A stretch of DNA of 64,000 nt from Aulosira sp. ZfuVER01 (GTDB lineage Bacteria; Cyanobacteriota; Cyanobacteriia; Cyanobacteriales; Nostocaceae), in the NCBI GenBank assembly GCA_034530615.2, contig JAVRCV020000073.1, positions 128,001 to 192,000 of the forward strand. Direction: 5' to 3'. Both the position numbers and the translations under genes were made by a program. Positions 39,185 through 49,702 of this stretch are shown here, one piece after another (the first letter of the stretch is position 1; each line of letters begins with the position of its first letter). Below the pieces are notes generated by a model. That model searched no databases. It saw nothing but the letters and a program-made list of their open reading frames with translations, and was not told the DNA's origin.

Positions 39185-39263
39185 AGAGAGTCAAAAGACA
39201 AGAGTCAAGACTTATAGTTATTTCTCCCTTCCCTTGTCCTCCTGCCTTCTGCCTTATTTTTGT

Positions 39264-39992
39264 CTAACTCTTCACAAACGTCCACTCCAATATTTTGATG
39301 GGGGCTTCTTGGAGTGCTTGAGAAAGTTCAGTGCTGCTTTTAAATTTCAATTGTGATACATCGCAAGCTTCTATATTGACTGTAAATTTCTCATCCTCAA
39401 AAGGCCAAGGTTTGACTGTTACCAAGGAATCGCTGCGCTGCATAATGTCGTAACGTTCTTCGTCAGGGCCTTTGCTAATTTCTAACCATCGCTCATCAGC
39501 AGGTAGTTCTTGTTGACACAGAATCAGAGATAAGCGATCGCACCATTGCATAAATGCATAAGCAGCATCTACATCTGTCTTGTCAATACCCAATTCCTTT
39601 TGCCAAAGTTCTTGATTCTCCAATTGCTCATCTAAAAATTTGTCTAATTCTGGAATCTCGCCACGTTTTGACTCATGGAGCCGACTCATGTGCTTAGAAA
39701 TTAATAAAGCTACCCATCTTCCCCGATAGCGAGCATTTTTCACCAAATTAGCAATTTTCTTTACATCGGTGTCTTGACTTAGGGTGAAGTCCATTGGCGC
39801 ACCAGCTTCAGTTAAAATATCCTCTTCCCATTCTTTCTCTAAATCGTCATGGTGGGAAATTGCAGCTAAGGTTTCATATAACCTTGCTGGAGCATTTTTG
39901 CGCCGCCACTGTCCCGCTAATTGAGCTGCTAATAAAGCGTGTGCCCGATGATAAATAATTTCCCAACCATTGGGTGTAGCATTAACAATCAC
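39264..39992 (-). CDS. DUF3891-like protein
   Basis: HRAHALLA, ISHHDD, WCDRLSL, PWPF; downstream of katB. Confidence 0.75.
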   Translation of the reverse strand: MIVNATPNGWEIIYHRAHALLAAQLAGQWRRKNAPARLYETLAAISHHDDLEKEWEEDILTEAGAPMDFTLSQDTDVKKIANLVKNARYRGRWVALLISKHMSRLHESKRGEIPELDKFLDEQLENQELWQKELGIDKTDVDAAYAFMQWCDRLSLILCQQELPADERWLEISKGPDEERYDIMQRSDSLVTVKPWPFEDEKFTVNIEACDVSQLKFKSSTELSQALQEAPIKILEWTFVKS

Positions 39993-40036
39993 TAGTTAAT
40001 TCTCCATAATTTAAATTCTAAATTTTCGCCTGAAAA

Positions 40037-40069
40037 ATGAGCCAGTGAGTTAACTTCTAACTGGCTCAT
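40037..40069. terminator. hairpin downstream of katB
   Basis: ATGAGCCAGT...ACTGGCTCAT. Confidence 0.55.
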
Positions 40070-40091
40070 CTTATTCTCCTAATTCAGTTAA

Positions 40092-40784
40092 TTAGGAGTG
40101 CTTTTGCAGCGGATCGGCAATGTATTTGAATGTTGGCTCGGAATTCCAAGGGCCGCGCTCATCATGACCATTACCATTTGTAGATAGGTTGTAGTAGAGA
40201 GCAACAGTTTCATCAGGCTGAATATTACCAAATATTGGATCTGTCAATTTACCCAGAGAATCTAATGCTTTCATAAACATCTGGGTATGAGATATTTCTC
40301 TAGTTAACAGATGTACCAAAGTCTTTTTAGTTCCATCATCTGTTGCTAGTTTGATCAACTCTTCGTAAGTCTGACGTGCTCCAGCTTCGGCTGCAATATT
40401 CGCTCTCAGGTCACGTACCACATCTCCACCCTCGTTCAAATAACTTGCAGTCCAAGCATTACCCTGGCTATCTAGAAAATGAGGGCCTATTCCTCGGACA
40501 GCAAAGAGAGTACTCTTATAAGCCTCTGTTTGATCTGTATTTTTGGTATGAGCCTCGATGAGTTTACCCACCATTTCTAAATGGCTAAACTCCTCGATCG
40601 CAATGTCTTGCAGCATATCTTTAATGCCAGCATTTTCGACATGGAAAGATTGCACCCAGTATTGTAGAGCAGCTGAAAGTTCTCCTGTGGCTCCACCAAA
40701 CTGTTCTAGGAGTAACTGCGCAAAACGAGGATTGGCATCACTAACGTTTACTGCGTGAATCGGTTCTTTTTTATGAAAAAACAT
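40092..40784 (-). CDS. katB: manganese catalase
   Basis: EQFGGATGEL, DIAIEEFSHLE, NIAAEAGA, REISH; MFFHKKEPIH N-terminus. Confidence 0.9.
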   Translation of the reverse strand: MFFHKKEPIHAVNVSDANPRFAQLLLEQFGGATGELSAALQYWVQSFHVENAGIKDMLQDIAIEEFSHLEMVGKLIEAHTKNTDQTEAYKSTLFAVRGIGPHFLDSQGNAWTASYLNEGGDVVRDLRANIAAEAGARQTYEELIKLATDDGTKKTLVHLLTREISHTQMFMKALDSLGKLTDPIFGNIQPDETVALYYNLSTNGNGHDERGPWNSEPTFKYIADPLQKHS

Positions 40785-40857
40785 GTCGCTTTTCTTCCTG
40801 AAACAATGATGTGGTTAAAGTGACTTGCTTCTCTACTTTTTGACCTGCCAATTCAAA

Positions 40858-41136
40858 CTAGACCCTGCTGCTTCTGCTCAACAGTCCCCATAGGTAAATG
40901 GCAATAATTGCACCAAGTACAGCTATAAAAAGACCTGTCAGACTAAAACCAGCACCAGCGGCAGTTAATTGTAGAGTTCCTGTTTGTAAAAGTGTGTAAA
41001 GACTTCCACCAATGAAAGCTCCGACAATACCTAAAACCATTGTCGAGAGAATTCCGCCACCCTGATAACCTGGATAAATTGCTTTCGCGATCGCACCAGC
41101 TAGAAGTCCTAAAACAACCCAAGCAATAATATTCAT
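40858..41136 (-). CDS. GlsB/YeaQ/YmgE stress response membrane protein
   Basis: IIAWVVLGLLAGAIAKAIYPG...LGIVGAFIGG. Confidence 0.88.
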   Translation of the reverse strand: MNIIAWVVLGLLAGAIAKAIYPGYQGGGILSTMVLGIVGAFIGGSLYTLLQTGTLQLTAAGAGFSLTGLFIAVLGAIIAIYLWGLLSRSSRV

Positions 41137-41714
41137 AAATTCCTCAGAAAATCTCATCTGGTATGTACTTAATTTATCTATAAAAACTTCAAATTGTTTC
41201 TATCGCTTGAGATAAATATCACAACCAGAAGATAGAGAAGAATTTATATTATTTTTTGGGATTTTAGAGTTTGATTATTATGTTTTCCTAACTTTAAAAT
41301 ATATTGCCTGTTTTGGGCAATCATCCCATTTTGTGCTTTCTCGCTAAATGCTAAGAAACAATTAGGTTATTTATTTCTATCTTTAGAAATAAACACTGTA
41401 TCTGTCTTTTTGTAGATGTAGTAATGAAAATAAATACTTTAGATAGAAATATTGTTTTTTAAACTTGGGCAAATAACTAAATTAATCATTGCCAGCAGCA
41501 ATCTTATTGGCTTTCAAAAAAAATACAAACGTACTAAATGGTTGATTGCAGATTCTCATTTTTTGAGCATGACAATAACCATGAGTTTTAACTGAACCGT
41601 AATGCTTTCTCAAGTTTTGAGTATCCAAAAGGAGGGTTCTTCTTTTGCCGTAAATGACGATGACACTAAAAAGCAGAATCCCCATTGATTGCTCAACATC
41701 AATTAGGAGTCACA

Positions 41715-43073
41715 GTGAGTAGACGCAAATCTTACAGTTTAATTGAGGAGTTAGGATCGCCGGAAATAGCAGCACCCAAGCAATCGCTAACATTACCAGA
41801 CGCTGTGGCGCTAATAGTAGGAATTGTCATTGGGGCGGGGATTTTTCAAACCCCTGCTTTAGTGGCGAATTATGCAGGTAGCGATCTTGCTGTCCTGCTG
41901 TTCTGGCTGATCGGTGGTGTAGTGTCTTTGGTAGGAGCATTATGCTACGCAGAATTGGCAACAACTTATCCTGATGTTGGCGGTGTTTACTATTACCTAA
42001 AGCGTGCTTTTGGGCGGGGACTGGCTTTTTTATTCGCTTGGGCACGAATGACGGTAATTCAAACCGGTTCTATTGCACTGTTAGCATTTGTTTTTGGTGA
42101 TTATGCCTCTCAGATATGGCGTTTAGGGACATTTTCACCATCTATTTATGCAGCAATAGCGATCGCACTTTTAACGGCTTTAAATATTGTCGGTCTGAAA
42201 CAAGGTAAATGGACGCAAAATCTTTTGAGTGCGGCTAAAGTCTTAGGTTTGTTGCTGGTGGTAATTCTGGGATTAACTGCCATACCTAATACCGCTGTCC
42301 CGGTAGAATCTACATCATCAGGTACTTGGGGACTGGCAATGGTATTTGTTCTCTTGTCCTACGGCGGCTGGAACGAAGCCGCTTACATTGCCGCAGAAAT
42401 TCAAAATAGACGACGCAATATCCTGCGATCGCTTTTACTCAGTATTGGTATTATCACTGTTATTTATCTGCTGATCAATTGGGCTTACCTGCGAGGATTG
42501 GGGTTAGCAAACATGGCTAAATCGGAAGCCGTAGCCGCAGATTTAATGCGATCGCTTTGGGGTGAACCTGGGGCTTTTTTTGTCAGTCTACTGATTGCAG
42601 TTTCTACCTTAGGGGCAACCAACGCCACAATTTTTACCGGGGCGCGGACTAATTACGCTTTGGGTCAGGATTTTTCGCTGTTTGGTTTTATGGGACGCTG
42701 GCAACAACGACCTAGCACCCCTAGCTATGCGTTACTTTTGCAAGGTGCGATCGCTTTAGCGCTGGTTGTTTTGGGTACGCTTACCCGCAAAGGTTTTGAG
42801 ACAATGGTGGATTACACCGCCCCAGTATTTTGGTTTTTCTTCTTGCTTTCAGGAATATCGCTGCTAGTGTTGCGACAACGCGAACCCCAGATGACGCGAT
42901 CGTTTCGCGTCCCGTTTTATCCGTTTACACCGTTACTTTTTTGTGCAGTCTGCGCCTACTTACTTTACTCCAGCTTAGTTTACACAGGTGTAGGAGCATT
43001 GGTCGGAGTTGGAGTTGTGGTGGCAGGTATACCGCTACTGCTGTGGAATAGCTACCGCCAAGATCAAGCCTAA
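41715..43073 (+). CDS. APC family amino acid permease
   Basis: GIVIGAGIF, CYAELA, SYGGWNE; GTG start after AGGAG (ORF opens at 41685). Confidence 0.92.
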   Translation: MSRRKSYSLIEELGSPEIAAPKQSLTLPDAVALIVGIVIGAGIFQTPALVANYAGSDLAVLLFWLIGGVVSLVGALCYAELATTYPDVGGVYYYLKRAFGRGLAFLFAWARMTVIQTGSIALLAFVFGDYASQIWRLGTFSPSIYAAIAIALLTALNIVGLKQGKWTQNLLSAAKVLGLLLVVILGLTAIPNTAVPVESTSSGTWGLAMVFVLLSYGGWNEAAYIAAEIQNRRRNILRSLLLSIGIITVIYLLINWAYLRGLGLANMAKSEAVAADLMRSLWGEPGAFFVSLLIAVSTLGATNATIFTGARTNYALGQDFSLFGFMGRWQQRPSTPSYALLLQGAIALALVVLGTLTRKGFETMVDYTAPVFWFFFLLSGISLLVLRQREPQMTRSFRVPFYPFTPLLFCAVCAYLLYSSLVYTGVGALVGVGVVVAGIPLLLWNSYRQDQA

Positions 43074-43114
43074 ATAACTCAACATTCCAAATACCAAAAT
43101 CGAACAGGAGAACA

Positions 43115-43777
43115 GTGATGAATTTCGCAAAAAATTTGCTTGTATTAGCTACAGGGGTCAGTGTTGCTAGCTTGGGAATTGCTGGATGCACAACTCAACA
43201 GCAAGACTTGGAATCTAGAACACAACAACCTGCTGTAACTGTTCAGCAGACCGAAATACCAACTCCTACAACCACAGATACAACCACAACTCAACCTCAA
43301 GAACGTGCTGGTGATGTTCCTTATGTGCCAACTCCACAACCTGTAGTGGATGCAATGCTGAAAGTTGCAAAAGTGGGTAAGAATGATGTGCTTTATGACC
43401 TTGGTAGTGGTGATGGGCGAATTGTGATTACAGCCGCTAAAAAGTACGGTACGCGCGGTACTGGTATAGATATTGACCCAGAACGTATTCAAGAAGCTAA
43501 TCAGAATGCCAAAACAGCCGGAGTAAGCGATCGCGTCAAGTTTGTGCAGCAAGATTTGTTTAACACTAATTTGAGTGACGCTACAGTAGTCACACTCTAC
43601 TTGTTGCCTGAAGTCAACCTGAAACTCCGTCCCAAACTATTGAAAGAGCTTAAACCGGGTACGCGGATTGTTTCTCACGCTTTTGATATGGGTGATTGGA
43701 AACCACAACAGACATTAAACGTTGATGGCAAAACCATCTATTACTGGGTGGTTCCGGCAAATAAATCTATAAATTGA
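43115..43777 (+). CDS. SAM-dependent methyltransferase with lipoprotein signal
   Basis: lipobox IAG-C; VPYVPTP, YDLGSGDGR, TLYLL. Confidence 0.88.
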   Translation: MMNFAKNLLVLATGVSVASLGIAGCTTQQQDLESRTQQPAVTVQQTEIPTPTTTDTTTTQPQERAGDVPYVPTPQPVVDAMLKVAKVGKNDVLYDLGSGDGRIVITAAKKYGTRGTGIDIDPERIQEANQNAKTAGVSDRVKFVQQDLFNTNLSDATVVTLYLLPEVNLKLRPKLLKELKPGTRIVSHAFDMGDWKPQQTLNVDGKTIYYWVVPANKSIN

Positions 43778-43796
43778 CAATCAATCGCGGGTGTTC

Positions 43797-43830
43797 AGAT
43801 CCCCGACTTCTTCAAAGAAGCCGGGGATCT
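43797..43830. repeat. REP-like palindrome / terminator
   Basis: AGATCCCCGACTTCTT-CA-AAGAAGCCGGGGATCT. Confidence 0.75.
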
Positions 43831-44078
43831 TGTAGCTCTTATTGATATTTTGTAACAAGTCGTCACACTTATTAATAGGTACGGATATTGCTATATATTG
43901 TTGCCATAAAACCGAACCGATAAGGCTTGAACCTTGCTTTAACCTATTAAATAGGAAGCTAAAGATTAAGCTTTAAAAAAGAGAAAGTTGATTGAAAAAA
44001 GCCTCAGATTTTTCCTCAGCAAATAAGCTTAATGTTGAGCCTCCTAAAATTGAAGATTGCAGCTTATGAGGTGATAAT

Positions 44079-44549
44079 ATGGCACTCATTCGTTGGGACC
44101 CATTTCGGGAAATTGAACGCATAGAACCATTCCGCGATATTGATACTTTACAGCGGCAAATTAATCGCCTCTTCGATCGGTTAGTACCAACAAACGATGG
44201 TGGTGAATCTATCGGATTTGGCTTCGTTCCTGCTGCTGAAATGGAAGAAACTGATGAAGCAATTCAACTCAGGCTAGAAGTCCCTGGCTTGGAAGCTAAA
44301 GACATAAGTGTAGAAGTCACAGCCGACGCAGTTTCTATTAGCGGTGAACGCAAATCTGAAACTAAGACTGAAGAAAAAGGTATAGCTCGCTCTGAGTTCC
44401 GCTATGGAAGATTTCAACGAGTAATACCATTACCAACCCAAATTGAAAATGACAAGGTAGAAGCCGAATACAAAGATGGCATTCTCAGACTAACCATGCC
44501 GAAATTGGTATCAGAGAAGCAAAAAACTGTGAAAGTTAATATCGGTTAA
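44079..44549 (+). CDS. hspA: small heat shock protein Hsp20
   Basis: MALIRWDPF, SEFRYGRFQRVIPLP, AEYKDGIL. Confidence 0.9.
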   Translation: MALIRWDPFREIERIEPFRDIDTLQRQINRLFDRLVPTNDGGESIGFGFVPAAEMEETDEAIQLRLEVPGLEAKDISVEVTADAVSISGERKSETKTEEKGIARSEFRYGRFQRVIPLPTQIENDKVEAEYKDGILRLTMPKLVSEKQKTVKVNIG

Positions 44550-44567
44550 TTAAGGTTTGGCTAAGGT

Positions 44568-44606
44568 AGCGATCGCATCTGGATTGATATTGTAGATGCG
44601 ATCGCT
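44568..44606. terminator. hairpin with HIP1-containing arms between convergent genes
   Basis: AGCGATCGCATCT...AGATGCGATCGCT, perfect 13-bp arms. Confidence 0.65.
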
Positions 44607-44617
44607 CTTTTCTAATT

Positions 44618-45952
44618 TCACAAAAATGCAGCCTCTTCATCTAAGGACTTGAGAGGATGCTGAGTATCTAACCATGACACTTGTGCTTCTAACTTGTCAC
44701 AACACTCCCTTACTAAACGCAAACCTTCATCGCGGGTAAGTTTAGCAGTTGCGGGGGTAAATTCTTGCAGAATATCGGCTTCTATAGTTTGATAGCGATC
44801 TAATTGAGTTCTCAATTTTGTTAAATACTTTGCGCCTTCGCCGCCATCTGTAATGGCAAACTGCAAAATAGAATCGACGTAAGCTTTAACTTTGGGATTT
44901 TTCACTCCTTCTGTTGCAGCCGCATATAATAGTTCACCATTTAAATATGCAAAGTCTGGTACCCAAAGGTAATTTCCATCCACTTCAAAAGTGTATATTT
45001 CCTGATTTGGTATGACTTTTAAGTTTTCGCTTCTCACGCGGTGGGCTGCTTTTTCTAACAGTGCGATTATACCCACAATCACCGAGGGATAATTGCTGTC
45101 GATGCATCTAATTTCTACAGTCCCTAATTTGTTCAGGCGGATGGGATTCCAAGCTGATTTAAGTAAGCTTCCTCCCGCTTCTAAGAACAAGTGACGCTCG
45201 ATTCCGGCTTTATCTAAAGCTTGCAGCCAAGCATAATAACGGGCAAATTGCTGCTCAACTAAACTTTCCACCGTCTGGGCATAAGGCATCAGTCCACCGA
45301 CAGGCTGCAAATAAGTATATACTCCCTCCCAGCCGAAGGTTTCACTACCCCGATAACGAATTGTGTGTGCTGCAAGTCCAATCGCCTCACCTTCATAAAA
45401 GGGACAAGCACGCCCCAGAGAAATCAGCGCTGAGTCAAAAGCCGTCGCTAAGTTGTAAATATTCAGTAGTTCCTCTCGCTCTGCTGCTGTAGAGTTGTAA
45501 GAAACTGCCACAAGAGAATCGATTACCCCAGGCGCTACTTCCAAATGCAGGTGTGTACCCGTACATTTCCCCGCGTGCAAAAATTTGTCGTAGCCTACAG
45601 TCCTTGCTTGGATATGATAATTGGGGCGATCGCGCATGACTGGCATAATATGCAACGGGTAGCTAGATAGCGGATAAAGCCGTAAACCCATCTCTCGTGC
45701 TACAGCTAACGCCAGTTTGAGATTTGTGAGATACGCTGTTGCTAATTCTGTGCCTGTGTATGCTGGTGGAGTATTGATTTCCACCATACTTTTGACGAAC
45801 TCTGGCACAAAGTATTGGGGATTTATACCTTGAGTTTCTGCCCTCAAATGACAACCTTGCAAAAACTCATCGCCACGATTACTGAGATCGCCTGTTTCAT
45901 CTACTAGAAAAAACTCTTGCTCAAGACCCATGCGACGCTTTAGTACATCCAT
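44618..45952 (-). CDS. glutamate--cysteine ligase (GCS2/carboxylate-amine ligase) family protein
   Basis: GLEQEFFLVD, VEINT, GTHLHL, GTVEIRCID. Confidence 0.82.
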   Translation of the reverse strand: MDVLKRRMGLEQEFFLVDETGDLSNRGDEFLQGCHLRAETQGINPQYFVPEFVKSMVEINTPPAYTGTELATAYLTNLKLALAVAREMGLRLYPLSSYPLHIMPVMRDRPNYHIQARTVGYDKFLHAGKCTGTHLHLEVAPGVIDSLVAVSYNSTAAEREELLNIYNLATAFDSALISLGRACPFYEGEAIGLAAHTIRYRGSETFGWEGVYTYLQPVGGLMPYAQTVESLVEQQFARYYAWLQALDKAGIERHLFLEAGGSLLKSAWNPIRLNKLGTVEIRCIDSNYPSVIVGIIALLEKAAHRVRSENLKVIPNQEIYTFEVDGNYLWVPDFAYLNGELLYAAATEGVKNPKVKAYVDSILQFAITDGGEGAKYLTKLRTQLDRYQTIEADILQEFTPATAKLTRDEGLRLVRECCDKLEAQVSWLDTQHPLKSLDEEAAFL

Positions 45953-46330
45953 ATCCCAAGTATTTACTTAGTTAGGTTACGGGTCTTGCCAGCTTTTGGT
46001 GATGATAGAGAGGGATAGAACTGTTAAAAGTATGACAGCGATCGCGGTAATTCTTCCACAGAAAGACCCAATCAACAAAAATGACAACACCCAAAAAACG
46101 CTCTTTGTCAAACCGAGGACTTGCGGTTGAGTAACGATATTGCGCAAATTTTGAACATACTCTATTCTCTGATATCGGCCTCAGCTTATTTCATTTTTGC
46201 AACACAGCTTTAAAGTTTCGCAACACTAGTGCTTGGGCATGGCTATCTTGAGATACTTAAGTTTAGGGTAGAAATTGCCAGCCCTACTAATTATTTCAAC
46301 AATCAAATCAGAATCATCATATTTTGGCTC

Positions 46331-46768
46331 ATGAATTACCAGATTGTTGACCAGCTGACAGACAATCAAATTGTGGAATTAGTTGATTTGTACAAAAACG
46401 AATTTTGGAGTAAAAAACGTACATATCAAGATGTGGTCAAGATGCTTGCTGCATCAGATATTATTATTGGCTTCGTAGATGACAGCAAACAATTAATTGG
46501 TTTTACACGCATTCTTACAGATTTTGTTTACCGGGCAACTGTTTACGATGTCATCATCAAACCCAGCCACAGAAAAATTGGGCTTGGCGCTAAGTTGATT
46601 GATGCAGCGATTAATCATCCCCAGTTATCTGAAGTTGAGCAAATTGCTCTTTTCTGCTTACCAGAGATGATCCCCTTTTATGAACGTTGGGGTTTTACTA
46701 ATGAGATAGGCGGAATTCAGTTAATGTATCGTTACCAGCAATTATCTCCAAAGACAAATGATTATTAA
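46331..46768 (+). CDS. GNAT family N-acetyltransferase
   Basis: IGFTRILTD, DVIIKPSHRKIGLG, FYERWGF; ATG at 46331. Confidence 0.9.
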   Translation: MNYQIVDQLTDNQIVELVDLYKNEFWSKKRTYQDVVKMLAASDIIIGFVDDSKQLIGFTRILTDFVYRATVYDVIIKPSHRKIGLGAKLIDAAINHPQLSEVEQIALFCLPEMIPFYERWGFTNEIGGIQLMYRYQQLSPKTNDY

Positions 46769-47219
46769 TCCAGAAAATGTGCCCAATCGGACAACTACAC
46801 TTTACCCTGAAGAATTTAAATCCTTGGTGCTGGGAAGAGTTAAAAAAGCTGTAGGTAATGCAGCCGGATTGAAAAATTTCGGCGTCAACTTAGTGACTCT
46901 GGCTCCAGGAAGTTGTTCTTCTGTGCGACATTGGCACACCCGACAAGATGAATTTATCTATGTCATCGAAGGTGAAGTCACTTTAGTTACTAATGAAGGT
47001 GCGCACATCCTCCAGCCAGGAATGATGGCGGGTTTTCCCGCTGGTGAAGCCAATGGACACCACCTGGTGAATCGCTCCCAAGCGACGGTAGTTTATTTGG
47101 AAATTGGCGATAGAACTGCTGATGATGAAGCTCACTATCCAGACGATGATTTGATGGCTCAAGCTGCTGATGGGAGTTGGATCTTTACACGGAAAGACGG
47201 TACTTTGTACGAAAGTTAG
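46758..47219 (+). CDS. cupin domain protein
   Basis: HWHTRQDEFIYVIEG, GHHLVN; overlaps the GNAT stop. Confidence 0.9.
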   Translation: MIINPENVPNRTTTLYPEEFKSLVLGRVKKAVGNAAGLKNFGVNLVTLAPGSCSSVRHWHTRQDEFIYVIEGEVTLVTNEGAHILQPGMMAGFPAGEANGHHLVNRSQATVVYLEIGDRTADDEAHYPDDDLMAQAADGSWIFTRKDGTLYES

Positions 47220-47226
47220 CTGGCTT

Positions 47227-47258
47227 GTAGTTGCGCTTTAGCGCTAAAGCGCAACTAC
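47227..47258. repeat. perfect 32-bp GTAG...CTAC palindrome (REP-like)
   Basis: GTAGTTGCGCTTTAGC|GCTAAAGCGCAACTAC. Confidence 0.85.
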
Positions 47259-47506
47259 GAGCTTGTATCTTTGCTGTCTGAAGCTGTGGGTAAATTTGAT
47301 TTACGCGATCGCCCATGCTTTGATCTTTCTAGCAGGGCTACTTACCATGCCCTAATTTTCTCAAAGCGGTAGGTAAGCTATAGCTATCTAAAGATGAGAT
47401 TACTCAGATATATTTTGCACTTAGGTGTACTTATTCTATAAGAGTGATTATAACTAGGTTATTATTTATCGCTGTCATAATTTAAACAATTGAATTCTAA
47501 CAACTA

Positions 47507-49597
47507 ATGGTGAACTCTACCCTCGTGACCACACTCTATGTCAACTCTGTTCAGGGGAATGATGCTAACGCTGGTTCACGGGTGAGTCCCTTTAAAAGTC
47601 TCACCCGTGCCTTAAAATCATCTACAAAATCTACAATTATTCAGTTGGGGCCTGGAACATACAGTGCCGCTACTGGTGAGGTGTTTCCACTGATTATCCC
47701 TGCGGGAGCGATCGTGGTAGGTAACGAAGCTAGCAAAGGTGCTGGGATTGTAATTATCGGGAATGGCACTTATCAAAGTCCCAGCTTTGGGATGCAAAAC
47801 ATTACGCTGCTGTTACAGGAAGATGCCAGTCTCCGGGGGGTGACTGTGACAAATACCACTTCTAAAGGTACTGGTGTCTGGATTGAATCTACAGCACCAA
47901 CTGTAACTAACAATACTTTTATTAACTGTGCTAGAGAAGGTGTATTTACAACCGGCACAGCTAAACCTGCAATTTTAGATAATGTATTTTTGCAAAATGC
48001 AGCCAGTGGGTTGACGATGGCACGTAATAGCAAAGGCGAAGTTTTGCGGAATGTTTTTCAGAAAAATTCCTTGGGGATTGCCATTAGTGACTCTGCTGCG
48101 CCTTTGCTGGCAAATAATAAGCTATCAGAAAACCAAACTGCGATCGCTCTTTCGCGAGATGCCCGACCTGTACTGCGGCAAAATATCATTACTAGCAATA
48201 CCCAAGGCGGTTTGTTGGTGAATGGAAACGCGATCCCCGATTTAGGTAGTACCCAAGACGCTGCTGGGAATGTGTTTAGGGATAACAAAGAATTCGATTT
48301 ACAAAATGTCACATCGCAGCAGCTAGTTTCTGTTGGTAATCAGTTGAATCCGATCCAGGTAAAAGGAGCAGTAGATTTTCTTTCGGCTACGGTAGAATCT
48401 GCTGGACAAGTATCAGTTGGCACTAGCTTTTACGATTTAGGCGGACATTGGGCAGTGGCTTTTGTTGAAGCTTTAGTTAGTAAAAACTATATCAGTGGCT
48501 TCCCTGATGGTTCATTCAGTCCAAACTCCCCGATCACTCGTGCCCAGTATGCTGCTATAATCGCCAAGACTTTTCCACCACCAAATGGCAGCAAAGTGAG
48601 TAATTTCACTGATGTAAAACCTGACTATTGGGCGGCATCAGCTATATTGCGTGCTGCCAATATGGGCTTTATCAGTGGATTCCCTGATGGAACTTTTCGA
48701 CCGGGACAAAACTTAACAAGAATTCAGGCAATCGTATCTATCGTGAATGGTTTGAAATGGAGTGGAGGGAACCCGAATGTGTTGAGTGTCTACCGCGATC
48801 GCGCCCAAATTCCCAGCTATGCTACTAATGCAGTGGCTATTGCCACACAAAAACTCTTAGTAGTAAATTATCCAAAAACCGAGCAGCTAGAACCACTGCG
48901 CGATATCACCCGCGCTGAGGTAGCGGCAATCATTTACCAAGCATTAGTAGCTATTGGTCAAGAAAAAGCGATTCCTTCGCCCTATATTGTCAATCCTGAT
49001 ATCGATCTTCCTTCCTTCAGCGACCTCAAAGGACATTGGGCTGAAGCATTTATTCGCGCATTGGTGAGTATGGGCTTAACTACAGGTTTTGCTGACGGTA
49101 GCTATCAGCCAGATAAACCGATGACTCGCGCTCAGTATGCGGCTTTAGTGGCGGGTGCTTTTAACCCCACTCCCAAACGTCCAGCCATCGATTTTACTGA
49201 CGTAGCAAAGGATTTTTGGGCTGCTAAGGCCATCCAAATCGCGGCTATGGGTGGCTTTGTCAGCGGATTTAGCGATCGCACCTTCCGCCCAGACCAAAAC
49301 GTGCAAAGATTACAAGTAATAGTCTCCCTCGTCAACGGGTTGGCCTTACCAGCCGCCGATAACGATACCTTACTTGTTTACAGCGATCGCAATGCGATTC
49401 CCGAATATGCCCGTAAAGCTGTAGCCACTGCGACCCAACAGCAAATAGCAGTGAATTATCCCGATCCTAAGCAGCTTGTGCCAGTTCGTGAAGCGACACG
49501 CGCTGAAGTAGCAGCTATGGTTTATCAGGCATTGGTTGCGATCCAGCGCACAAATGCAATTAAATCCCCATATATTGTCTCGCAGACAACCAATTGA
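47507..49597 (+). CDS. DUF1565/beta-helix protein with two S-layer homology regions
   Basis: LYVNSVQGND...PFKSLTRAL, parallel beta-helix repeats, SLH repeats (GHWA, ITRAQYAA). Confidence 0.88.
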   Translation: MVNSTLVTTLYVNSVQGNDANAGSRVSPFKSLTRALKSSTKSTIIQLGPGTYSAATGEVFPLIIPAGAIVVGNEASKGAGIVIIGNGTYQSPSFGMQNITLLLQEDASLRGVTVTNTTSKGTGVWIESTAPTVTNNTFINCAREGVFTTGTAKPAILDNVFLQNAASGLTMARNSKGEVLRNVFQKNSLGIAISDSAAPLLANNKLSENQTAIALSRDARPVLRQNIITSNTQGGLLVNGNAIPDLGSTQDAAGNVFRDNKEFDLQNVTSQQLVSVGNQLNPIQVKGAVDFLSATVESAGQVSVGTSFYDLGGHWAVAFVEALVSKNYISGFPDGSFSPNSPITRAQYAAIIAKTFPPPNGSKVSNFTDVKPDYWAASAILRAANMGFISGFPDGTFRPGQNLTRIQAIVSIVNGLKWSGGNPNVLSVYRDRAQIPSYATNAVAIATQKLLVVNYPKTEQLEPLRDITRAEVAAIIYQALVAIGQEKAIPSPYIVNPDIDLPSFSDLKGHWAEAFIRALVSMGLTTGFADGSYQPDKPMTRAQYAALVAGAFNPTPKRPAIDFTDVAKDFWAAKAIQIAAMGGFVSGFSDRTFRPDQNVQRLQVIVSLVNGLALPAADNDTLLVYSDRNAIPEYARKAVATATQQQIAVNYPDPKQLVPVREATRAEVAAMVYQALVAIQRTNAIKSPYIVSQTTN

Positions 49598-49702
49598 CCA
49601 AGTAGAATAAGAAAAATTTCCTATTAATTTAAAAATACTTGGGCAACAACCCTGTAGCTAAAAGCTCTTTCGCCTATATGCAATGGGTAAAAAATATAAC
49701 CT

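Noticed and set aside
43879..43921. K-box/CIRCE heat-shock element upstream of hsp20
   Set aside because: Only partial GTACGG/CCGAAC half-sites; no full match to either consensus
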